Assembly (NCBI GenBank): GCA_044230205.1
Contig: JBGARN010000007.1
Location: forward strand, 3,020-67,019
Source: Bacteroidia bacterium
Lineage (GTDB): Bacteria; Bacteroidota; Bacteroidia; AKYH767-A; OLB10
Direction of reading: 5' to 3'
DNA length: 64,000 nt
Shown: piece after piece, positions 19,883-28,848 of the stretch
Layout: each line of letters starts with the position of its first letter
How positions within the stretch are numbered: position 1 is the first letter of the stretch
The notes under the pieces: generated by a model
What the model saw: only the letters and a program-made list of their open reading frames with translations
The model's database searches: none
Told to the model about the DNA's origin: nothing
Made by a program: the position numbers and the translations under genes

Positions 19883-22800
19883 ATGCAGTTCTCTCACCTC
19901 CATGTTCATACACAATTCTCATTGCTTGATGGTGCAGCCTCTATATCTCAGTTATATAAAAAAGCTGTTGCTGATAAGCAGCCTGCCATAGCTATTACTG
20001 ATCATGGCAACATGTTTGGTGTTTTCAGTTTTGTTGCCGAAGCGGCTAAATACAATACCAGCCAAAATCCAGAAGTAATAAAGCCTATAGTAGGCTGCGA
20101 ATTTTATGTGGTTGAAAACCGGCACCGCACTTCCTTTACCAAGGATGATAAGGATATACGAAGGCATCAGTTATTTCTTGCAAAAAATGCAGACGGGTAT
20201 AAGAACCTCGTTAAGTTATGTTCATTAGGCTATATGGAAGGGTTATATGGAAAGTATCCTCGTATAGATAAAGAACTTATACAGAAATATCATAAAGGAT
20301 TAATAGCCACCACCTGTTGCATTGGAGCTGAAGTTCCTCAAACAATTTTACGCAAAGGTGAAGCAGAGGCAGAAAAAGTATTTAACTGGTGGTTGAACTT
20401 ATTTGGCGAAGATTATTACATCGAACTGCAACGTCATGATATGCCTGATCAGAATACTGTTAATGAAGTGTTGTTGAAATTTGCAGCTAAGTATAATGTA
20501 AAGATCATTTGTTCTAACGATTCACATTACGTTGACAGGCAGGATGCAAATGCACATGATATTTTGTTATGCATCAATACCGGTGAGAAACAGGCTACAG
20601 AAAAAATGAAGGATTTTGCTGATGATGATGTATTTGTTAAAGGCCGCAGGTTTGCATTTTACAATGATGAGTTCTATTTCAAAACAACATCTGAAATGAG
20701 CGGAAAGTTTTCAGACTTGCCTCATGCGCTTGATAATACTAATGAAATAGTTTCAAAAATAGAGCCCCTCAAGTTAAAGCAGGATATTCTGTTACCACAT
20801 TACCAGATTCCTTCAGGCTTTGTTACACAGGATGATTATCTTGAACATCTTACTTATGTTGGAGCAAAAGAGCGATATAAAGAAATTACTGCCGAAGTTG
20901 AAGAAAGGTTAAAGTTTGAATTGCACACCATAAAAACTATGGGCTTTGCAGGCTACTTTTTGATTGTAGCTGATTTTATCAAAGCAGGTCGAGATATGAA
21001 TGTTCTTATAGGACCGGGGCGCGGTTCAGCTGCTGGTTCGGCTGTGGCTTATTGCATTGGAATTACCAATATCGATCCGTTAAAATATAATTTACTGTTC
21101 GAAAGATTTTTAAACCCTGATCGTAAATCAATGCCCGATATTGATACAGATTTTGATGATGAAGGTCGGCAAAAAGTTATCGATTATGTGGTGAAGAAAT
21201 ATGGTAAAAACCAGGTTGCACAGATTATTACGTATGGAACCATGGCGGCAAAGATGAGTTTAAAGGATGTAGCGCGTGTTCTTGATTTACCGTTGCCTGA
21301 TAGCAATGCATTGGCAAAGCTGGTTCCGGAACGCCCCGGGATTACTTTAAATGAAGTAGTGTTGAAAGATATTGATGGCGAAAGTGGAGTAAAAAGTAAA
21401 TTCAATTTACAGAGTGATGAAGTGGATAATATTAAAAAGCTTCGCGAACTGTACAGCGGAACTGATATAAAAGCTAATGTGATTAAAGAGGCTCTTATAC
21501 TCGAAGGTTCGGTTCGTGGAACAGGTATTCATGCTGCAGGAATAATTATTGCTCCAAAAGACTTAACCGAAATAATTCCTGTGGCAACTTCAAAAGAAAC
21601 GGAATTACTTATTACTCAATTCGAAGGTAAAGTAATTGAAGATGCTGGAGTTATTAAGATGGATTTTCTCGGTTTAAAAACACTTACCATTATCCGTCAT
21701 GCGCTTAAATTGATTGAGGAAAACCACAACGTAAAAATAGATATTGATGCTATTCCGCTTGATGACCAGTTAACGCTTGACCTATATGCGAAAGGTGAAA
21801 CCAATGGTACTTTTCAGTTTGAAAGTCCCGGAATGCAAAAGTATTTGAAGGAACTGAAGCCTGATAAATTTGATGACCTTATTGCCATGAATGCGCTCTA
21901 CCGGCCGGGTCCTATTGATTACATTCCCAATTTTATTGCACGTAAACACGGAAGGGAAAAGGTGGTGTATGATTTGCCTGATATGGAGGAATATTTAAAG
22001 GAGACTTATGGAATTACAGTTTACCAGGAGCAGGTAATGTTGCTGTCGCAAAAACTTGCAGGATTTACAAAAGGAGATGCGGACACACTTCGCAAAGCTA
22101 TGGGTAAAAAGCAAATTGAGGTGCTGAATAAAATGAAGTCGAAGTTTATGGAAGGTGCTGCATTAAATGGACATCCACAGGATAAGCTGAATAAAATCTG
22201 GACAGACTGGGAAGCATTTGCCAGTTATGCTTTTAATAAATCGCATTCAACATGCTATGCTTTTGTGGCATTTCAAACTGCATATCTTAAAGCACACTAT
22301 CCAAGTGAATATATGGCGGCTGTGTTAACCAATAACCTTAGTAATATTGATAAGGTTACTTTCTTTATGGAAGAGTGCCGCAAAATGCAAATTCCGGTTT
22401 TAGGACCTGACATTAATGAATCGGACTATATGTTCAGTGTGAATAAACAGGGGCAAATACGTTTTGGACTGGGCGGTGTAAAAGGTGTTGGTGAAAATGC
22501 AATTCAATCGTTAATACAGGAACGAAAAGCAAACGGGCCCTATAAATCTATATTTGATTTTACATCGCGTGCTAATTTACGTGCAGTAAATAAACGCACC
22601 CTCGAAGCCTGTGTATATGCAGGGGCTTTTGATAGTTTTGAAGGAGTTCACCGGGCCCAATATTTTGCAATAGATAAAGATAATTTGAATGGTTTGGATA
22701 AGGCAGTAAAGTATGGCCAGGCGCATCATGAGCAGGCATCAAGTGCGCAGGTAAGTTTGTTTGGCGATGTAATGGAAGCTGAAATGCCAGAACCTAAATT

Positions 22801-23473
22801 GCCAGTTGTTGAAGAATGGAGCGTATTGCAAAAATTGCATCATGAAAAAGAAGTAATCGGGTTTTATTTAAGTGGCCATCCCCTTGATTTATTTAAGTAT
22901 GAGCTTAAAAGTTTTTGCAATGTTACGATTGCTGAATTAAATGAAGACCTGAAAAAATATTATAAACGTGATATCAGTTTCGCAGGAATAATAACTGTTG
23001 CTAATCATCGTGTAGGAAAAACCGGAAAGCGGTTTGGAATATTTACAATTGAAGATTTATCGGGAACGATGGAGTTTCCCTTGTTCAATGAAAAAAAATA
23101 CCTCGAATACGAAAAATACTTAAAGCAAGACATGTTTGTTTTTATTAAAGCTACTGTTCAGCTTAAGTACCAGCGTGAAGATGATTATGAACTGATGATT
23201 AATGAAGTAAAACTTCTAGGTGATATTGGAAATGAAATGGCAAGGAGTATTACCATTACTGTTGATTCTGATGAAGTGAATACAAAATTCATTAGTCAGT
23301 TGGCTGATGTTGTAAATCAATTTCCCGGCAGGGTACCAATCAGGTTCAGCATTATTAACCGCGACCTTAAAATTCAGGTTGAGGCACAACCGCGCAATTC
23401 GAGGGTTAATTTTGGTAAAGAGACCTTTGAAGCACTTGAAATGCTTGTAGGAGAGAACCTTAGGATTAATTGA
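19883..23473 (+). CDS. dnaE: DNA polymerase III subunit alpha
   Basis: PHP domain FSHLHVHTQFSLLDGA, GPGRGSAAGSAVAYCIGIT, DIDTDF, YRPGP, and an OB-fold C-terminus. 1196 aa. Confidence 0.95.
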   Translation: MQFSHLHVHTQFSLLDGAASISQLYKKAVADKQPAIAITDHGNMFGVFSFVAEAAKYNTSQNPEVIKPIVGCEFYVVENRHRTSFTKDDKDIRRHQLFLAKNADGYKNLVKLCSLGYMEGLYGKYPRIDKELIQKYHKGLIATTCCIGAEVPQTILRKGEAEAEKVFNWWLNLFGEDYYIELQRHDMPDQNTVNEVLLKFAAKYNVKIICSNDSHYVDRQDANAHDILLCINTGEKQATEKMKDFADDDVFVKGRRFAFYNDEFYFKTTSEMSGKFSDLPHALDNTNEIVSKIEPLKLKQDILLPHYQIPSGFVTQDDYLEHLTYVGAKERYKEITAEVEERLKFELHTIKTMGFAGYFLIVADFIKAGRDMNVLIGPGRGSAAGSAVAYCIGITNIDPLKYNLLFERFLNPDRKSMPDIDTDFDDEGRQKVIDYVVKKYGKNQVAQIITYGTMAAKMSLKDVARVLDLPLPDSNALAKLVPERPGITLNEVVLKDIDGESGVKSKFNLQSDEVDNIKKLRELYSGTDIKANVIKEALILEGSVRGTGIHAAGIIIAPKDLTEIIPVATSKETELLITQFEGKVIEDAGVIKMDFLGLKTLTIIRHALKLIEENHNVKIDIDAIPLDDQLTLDLYAKGETNGTFQFESPGMQKYLKELKPDKFDDLIAMNALYRPGPIDYIPNFIARKHGREKVVYDLPDMEEYLKETYGITVYQEQVMLLSQKLAGFTKGDADTLRKAMGKKQIEVLNKMKSKFMEGAALNGHPQDKLNKIWTDWEAFASYAFNKSHSTCYAFVAFQTAYLKAHYPSEYMAAVLTNNLSNIDKVTFFMEECRKMQIPVLGPDINESDYMFSVNKQGQIRFGLGGVKGVGENAIQSLIQERKANGPYKSIFDFTSRANLRAVNKRTLEACVYAGAFDSFEGVHRAQYFAIDKDNLNGLDKAVKYGQAHHEQASSAQVSLFGDVMEAEMPEPKLPVVEEWSVLQKLHHEKEVIGFYLSGHPLDLFKYELKSFCNVTIAELNEDLKKYYKRDISFAGIITVANHRVGKTGKRFGIFTIEDLSGTMEFPLFNEKKYLEYEKYLKQDMFVFIKATVQLKYQREDDYELMINEVKLLGDIGNEMARSITITVDSDEVNTKFISQLADVVNQFPGRVPIRFSIINRDLKIQVEAQPRNSRVNFGKETFEALEMLVGENLRIN

Positions 23474-23633
23474 GAGGCTGCACGTGTCAAAAATGCCAAT
23501 GCTTATAGCGTTTGGATCACCTTTCATTAAAATTATCTTATTTTAAATAATGTTTAACCCGTATGAAAATAAAAAGATAGTATTTTCGTCCCCTCTTAAC
23601 AGAACTTATAAATATCATTAAAATATAAATATT

Positions 23634-23954
23634 ATGGCATTAGAATTAACAGATGCTAACTTCGAAGAGTTAGTAATAAAATCAGACAAGCCTGTTTTGG
23701 TTGACTTTTGGGCTGAGTGGTGCGGACCTTGCCGCATGGTTGGACCTTTCGTTGAAGAAATAGCAAAAGAATACGATGGCAAAGCCGTGGTGGGTAAAGT
23801 AAATGTTGATAACAACCCCAATATTTCCATGCAGTTCGGAATCAGAAATATCCCAGCATTACTGTATTTTAAAGGTGGTAAAGTAGTTGACAAGCAAGTA
23901 GGCGCAGTACCTAAATCAGTATTGGCTGGTAAACTTGATGCACAACTGGCATAA
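23634..23954 (+). CDS. trxA: Thioredoxin
   Basis: 106 aa with canonical VDFWAEWCGPC active site and a cis-Pro context IRNIPAL. Confidence 0.95.
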   Translation: MALELTDANFEELVIKSDKPVLVDFWAEWCGPCRMVGPFVEEIAKEYDGKAVVGKVNVDNNPNISMQFGIRNIPALLYFKGGKVVDKQVGAVPKSVLAGKLDAQLA

Positions 23955-23975
23955 TTCCTTCCGGTTTTAAACAAT

Positions 23976-24013
23976 AAAAAGTGTGAGTATGAGGTTCATC
24001 TCACACTTTTTTT
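23976..24013 (+). terminator. Rho-independent terminator after trxA
   Basis: AAAAAGTGTGAG-N12-CTCACACTTTTT hairpin followed by additional Ts. Confidence 0.75.
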
Positions 24014-24054
24014 GTGTCTTTAATGTTTATTACTAAGTTTATCAGATTGAATAT

Positions 24055-24978
24055 ATGGTAATCAATCAGAACGAAATACAACAGCTCGGCCACCTTGAAC
24101 TTATTGCTAAACAAGTGGTGGAAGGGTTTATTACAGGCCTTCATAAATCGCCTTTTCATGGTTTCAGTGTTGAATTTGCCGAACACAGGCTATACAATAG
24201 CGGAGAAAGTACACGGTTTATTGACTGGAAATTGTATGGTCGGACGGATAAAATGTTTATTAAACGTTTTGAAGAAGAAACCAATTTAAGGTGCCAGCTG
24301 GTGGTTGATAATTCATCAAGCATGCATTATCCAGAGCCGGATAAAAAAAATCCACAACAATTAAATAAAATTACTTTTTCAGCCTACTGTGCAGCCTCGA
24401 TTGCCTATCTCTTAAAGATGCAGCGTGATGCAGTAGGTCTAAGTATTTTTTCTGACAAAGTGGAGGTAAGTACTCCTGCTAAATCAACCACTGTTCACCA
24501 TAAATTATTGTACACTTATCTTGAACGGGCAATTGCAGAAAATCCGCAACAGCGTCAGACTTCTGCAGCCTCTGCGCTTCATCAGATTGCTGAAAATATT
24601 CACAAACGCTCGCTGGTAGTAATTTTCAGCGACATGTTTGAAGCAGGTGGTAATTCAGCAGAGCTGTTCAGTGCTTTACAACATTTAAAATATGCCAAAC
24701 ATGAAGTAATCTTATTTCATGTGGTGGATAAATCAAAAGAGCTTGATTTTTCATTTGAAAACAGGCCATATGAATTTATTGATGTTGAAACCGGTGAAAA
24801 GGTTAAGGTGCACAGCAACCAGGTGCGCACTGCCTACCTCGAAGCTATAAGCACATTCGAAAAAGAATTAAAATTAAAATGTGCGCAATACCGCATCGAT
24901 TTTGTTGAGGCAGATATTAATAAGGGTTACAGGCAAGTGTTGCTCCCTTATCTTATCAAGCGCGAAAAAATGATGTAA
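24055..24978 (+). CDS. DUF58 (vWA-like) domain protein
   Basis: GLHKSPFHGFSVEFAEHRLYNSGESTRFIDWKLYGRTDKMFIKRFEEE is the typical DUF58 core. No adjacent MoxR or BatA-type partners are visible. Confidence 0.75.
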   Translation: MVINQNEIQQLGHLELIAKQVVEGFITGLHKSPFHGFSVEFAEHRLYNSGESTRFIDWKLYGRTDKMFIKRFEEETNLRCQLVVDNSSSMHYPEPDKKNPQQLNKITFSAYCAASIAYLLKMQRDAVGLSIFSDKVEVSTPAKSTTVHHKLLYTYLERAIAENPQQRQTSAASALHQIAENIHKRSLVVIFSDMFEAGGNSAELFSALQHLKYAKHEVILFHVVDKSKELDFSFENRPYEFIDVETGEKVKVHSNQVRTAYLEAISTFEKELKLKCAQYRIDFVEADINKGYRQVLLPYLIKREKMM

Positions 24979-25002
24979 GCATCAGTCTTTTCCTTCTAAC
25001 AT

Positions 25003-26640
25003 TTAATGTTGAACTATGATTTTTTTAGTGTAATTAACATCATTACCTGAAACTTTAACCAGGTATATACCATCATCATTAAAAATCAGATCACTTTTGT
25101 TGCCTGAAATCAGTTGCCTTTGAATGCACTTGCCTTCGGCATTGTATACAAATAATTCATTAGCCTGTAATGGAAAATTAAATGTAACAGTACCTGCTGA
25201 AGGATTAGGGAAAGCTGTTAACTCTTCTTCATTAGTTATAGCATTGATATTATTAACATGATTAAGCATGGTAACAAAAATATCCGATAGGCTATCCCCG
25301 GTATTAGCATTAAACAGCGTTGTGCTTCCTAATTGAAATGATGAACTAAAAAAACCACCAGCCAGGTATGCATTGTTTGACGGACTTAAAGCAATACCAT
25401 AAGAAATATCAATAGCTGTACCTCCTGCACCTTTAGCATATCCATTTACGCCTGAAGAATTATATCGTGCCAGAAAAATATCAAGTGTTCCGTTGGTTGT
25501 TAATGTAGCACTGCCGAAGTTTACAATTGAGCTGTAGTATCCTGTTATGTATACGTTACCGCTTGCATCAGTTGTAATTCCGTTGCCGGCATCACTTCCA
25601 TTACCTCCGGAAGTTCTTGCCCAGCCGAAATTTCCAAACTGGTCCAGCTTTGCGAGGAAAATATCTTCAGTTGAAGGATTGGTGTTGTTATAGGTAGTTG
25701 TACCAAATGTAATTACGGAACTAACAAAATTACCGGTTATATAAACATCGCCATTGCTTCCATTACATATTGCATTGGATTTATCATCATTAGGTCCGCC
25801 AGCTGACTTTGCCCAATAGATAACTCCATTGCCATTATATTTAACCACAAAAACATCCTTATCCCCGGAGTTAATAAGTGTAATGCCCTGGAATGCAACA
25901 TTTGCCGCATTAAAATATCCTGTTGCATTGATATTGCCATTTGCATCAGCACATACTGATGTGCATTCAGCTATGCTGCCTGTTCCGCTTGATGTAATGG
26001 CCCAGTTATAATTTCCATTCATATCAAACCTTGCAATAAAAGCATCCTGGTTGCCGGTTTTGGTTACGCTTGATGTGCCGAATGTAAGTGTGGTACTGCT
26101 GAAACTTCCACCAATAAAAATATTTCCGGTAGGATCAGAACTGATACTGTTTGATATATCATTATTGTTTCCACCACCTTTTTTAGCCCAAAGAATTGTG
26201 CCGGAAGGATCCAGCTTGGCTAAAAACAAGTCGCTATAGCCTGCAGTTGTATTAGTTAAAAAAACACTGCCAAATGATAGTACATTGCTAAAATAAATTC
26301 CTGTAATCAACAAATCGCCATTAAAATCTATTGCCAGCCCATGTACTTTGTCATTATTAGTGCCTCCAATACGTTTGGCCCAAACAACTCCACCCCAGGG
26401 ATCATATTTAACTATAAACATATCAGTTGCACCACCATTGGTTAGTGTATTACCTCCAAAAGTAAGGCTGCTTCCGGTGAAATTTCCTGCAACATAAACA
26501 TTAGAAGCACCATCAGTAACAATAGCTGTTGCATTTTCATTGCCTCCATTGGCGCCAACTCCGGCAGCCCATTGCCATGTTTGAGCATTTAAAGATAAAC
26601 TGATTAACAGTACCGGTAAACTAAGTAGTTGTTTTTGCAT
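25003..26640 (-). CDS. Secreted SBBP beta-propeller repeat protein with T9SS CTD
   Basis: Signal peptide. About 8 repeats of GN.Y.TG.F....FG. C-terminal LTAFPNPSAGTVTFNF...GIYLVKVSG...KKIIVQH. Confidence 0.8.
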   Translation of the reverse strand: MQKQLLSLPVLLISLSLNAQTWQWAAGVGANGGNENATAIVTDGASNVYVAGNFTGSSLTFGGNTLTNGGATDMFIVKYDPWGGVVWAKRIGGTNNDKVHGLAIDFNGDLLITGIYFSNVLSFGSVFLTNTTAGYSDLFLAKLDPSGTILWAKKGGGNNNDISNSISSDPTGNIFIGGSFSSTTLTFGTSSVTKTGNQDAFIARFDMNGNYNWAITSSGTGSIAECTSVCADANGNINATGYFNAANVAFQGITLINSGDKDVFVVKYNGNGVIYWAKSAGGPNDDKSNAICNGSNGDVYITGNFVSSVITFGTTTYNNTNPSTEDIFLAKLDQFGNFGWARTSGGNGSDAGNGITTDASGNVYITGYYSSIVNFGSATLTTNGTLDIFLARYNSSGVNGYAKGAGGTAIDISYGIALSPSNNAYLAGGFFSSSFQLGSTTLFNANTGDSLSDIFVTMLNHVNNINAITNEEELTAFPNPSAGTVTFNFPLQANELFVYNAEGKCIQRQLISGNKSDLIFNDDGIYLVKVSGNDVNYTKKIIVQH

Positions 26641-27015
26641 GTTGTTTGAATTTTAAGTTAATGTTTAACTATAAGAAGTTATATCTACAATACAGCAATT
26701 AAGCTGTATTTTAAGTCCATAGTGGTTTATTCATACCACAAATTGCATTAACGCAAAAGTTTTAACTTAACTCAAATAGCAATTGATAGTTGCACCAATG
26801 CAATTTTTACAATTGTGAAGATAACAAAATAATCGAAAGGTTAATTATGAGATTTATCAGTTAATGCCAATCAAGCTATTCAATTCTTCTTATTTTATTT
26901 GAGATTCCTGCTTAAATTTTTAAGGCGTTTTAATAAAATCGTTGCTGGCGATAATCAAATTTTGTTTAGTAATGTTAACTATCGAAACATTACAATTCCA
27001 TTAAAACTATAACTA

Positions 27016-27213
27016 ATGAACAAGCTTTCTTTTATTATTCTCACAGTATTTCTAATCCCTGTTTCTGGTTTCTCATAATCATATATTTGGGCAAATAAGG
27101 CAGCAAGTTATTATGATGATTATGCCACAGCCATTGTTAAAGACAATGCTGGAAATCTGTATTTAACCGAATATTATACTGATTCAGTTTTCTTTGGTGG
27201 TACCAAGGTCTAA
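27016..27213 (+). pseudogene. Remnant of an SBBP/T9SS-type secreted protein gene (N-terminal approx. 65 codons, in-frame TAA, then truncation)
   Basis: ATG 27016 gives MNKLSFIILTVFLIPVSGFS, then TAA at 27076-27078. The same frame continues SYIWANKAASYYDDYATAIVKDNAGNLYLTEYYTDSVFFGGTKV and stops at 27211. This parallels the N-terminus of the neighbouring 25003-26640 product (WAAG...ATAIVTDGASNVYVAGNFTGSSLTFGG). Confidence 0.6.
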
Positions 27214-27340
27214 TCATCAAGAATTCAATTTGGAGCTCATGGTGGTTTGATGTTTTAATTTTTAAGAATTCAACTGGAATTACTTTCGAAATTTTAGCTT
27301 AAGGATGCTTCGAAATTTTGCTGTTCTGCGGTTAAGCTAA

Positions 27341-28693
27341 TTACAAACCCATCTCTGTATACTCTTTTCGCCCTCTTTCAAGTTCATCAATAATGCGCTG
27401 GCGCATGTTAAGAATAGCGGTTATGAGGGAGGTTTTTCGGTAAAATAGGGAAAAGATTAACCAGCGCCCGCGCATATTGTTGTAGCGCCTGGCATAATAA
27501 TAAGCGAACAATCCTGTTATCGGAAGCATAACTGCATAACATATCGTAATTAAAATGTTTTGAAAAAAATAGTGCACCAGTGTTATTTGCAATCCATAAA
27601 AAATTAAAAATGAAAGTGTGCCGATGAGCATATACAAAGCACCATGAAAATCACGGGCAATGTTAAGTCTGTTTGTAATGAACCCTGGTAATCTATATGG
27701 TATATAGTTATTGATAAGCCCATAAATGAAGACAGGTAGTCCAATAAGTATATAAAACACACTTTTCATTGTATCAATAAGGATAGATCCCTGACCAGGA
27801 AATTTTTTCAATACACGATCACTCAGTTTTAACCGGTCAAGGATCCTGAAGTATTCATCAATTTCTCTTTTAAACTGTTCGACTCGTTGTGGTTGATACC
27901 GGTAATAATAATGCACTTCTTCATTAATGGCTTTGGTTACAATAAAATCATGTTCCTTAATTTTTGGTGTGTATCCAAGGTCTTTAAGCAATTGTGATTT
28001 ATAAATGATCTCAATTTTTTTTACCAGTTCATCAATAGCAGCATCCTCAATAGCAATAATTTGTTTTTCAAGACGTGAACGGATTTCATCAGTCATTTTA
28101 TTTACGGCAGCAATATCATTCTCCGAATAGCGCTCTTTATAATTCATAACCTCAATTGGCTCATCAACATTTATAAAAACATCGCTGCGAAAATTATGAG
28201 GGTCAGAATAATTCAACCCTATGCTGACTATTTTTACGTTAAGCGCGAAAGCATTTGCTGCTTCTGCGCCAAGCGCAATGCGTGCAGCACCTGTTTTTAT
28301 TTTTTTCAATTGACGGTTGGTTAGGCTTATACCTTCAGGAAATATTAAGATGACACCGTTATTTTTTAAATGATCATAGCATTTCGAAAACACCTCATCA
28401 TTATTTTTTAATTCATCCGGGTTGTCCTGCGCACGGAATACTGGTATCATGTTGAATTTTGGCAAAAGCCATTTTGCAAATCCCGATTTGAAATATTTGG
28501 CAGCAGCAAGAAAAAAAATCTTTCTGTCAACAAAGCATCCAATAACAATTGGATCTAAAACAGTGTTTGGATGATTGGATACTATTAATAATGGCCCGGT
28601 TTGAGGGATGTTTTCCAATCCCTTCACTTGTACATTGCGGAAGAAAAACCGCAAGCTGATTTGCATCAAAACTTTTAAAAAGTGATAAATCAT
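27341..28693 (-). CDS. Lysophospholipid (1-acyl-sn-glycerol-3-phosphate) acyltransferase family protein with C-terminal membrane domain
   Basis: HX4D motif SNHPNTVLD and FPEGIS motif. C-terminal hydrophobic helices. Confidence 0.75.
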   Translation of the reverse strand: MIYHFLKVLMQISLRFFFRNVQVKGLENIPQTGPLLIVSNHPNTVLDPIVIGCFVDRKIFFLAAAKYFKSGFAKWLLPKFNMIPVFRAQDNPDELKNNDEVFSKCYDHLKNNGVILIFPEGISLTNRQLKKIKTGAARIALGAEAANAFALNVKIVSIGLNYSDPHNFRSDVFINVDEPIEVMNYKERYSENDIAAVNKMTDEIRSRLEKQIIAIEDAAIDELVKKIEIIYKSQLLKDLGYTPKIKEHDFIVTKAINEEVHYYYRYQPQRVEQFKREIDEYFRILDRLKLSDRVLKKFPGQGSILIDTMKSVFYILIGLPVFIYGLINNYIPYRLPGFITNRLNIARDFHGALYMLIGTLSFLIFYGLQITLVHYFFQNILITICYAVMLPITGLFAYYYARRYNNMRGRWLIFSLFYRKTSLITAILNMRQRIIDELERGRKEYTEMGL

Positions 28694-28848
28694 TATTTAA
28701 TGATAGCTGCCAGATTGTATTTAAAGTAATGGCAAATAACTTTATTAAAATGAATAATACAATGGTATTCCAGCTACCACAATATTTAAGATTGCAAAAG
28801 CCTTAGCTATAACTCAAATATTCAGGAGAATCAAATCTTGTGATTTTA

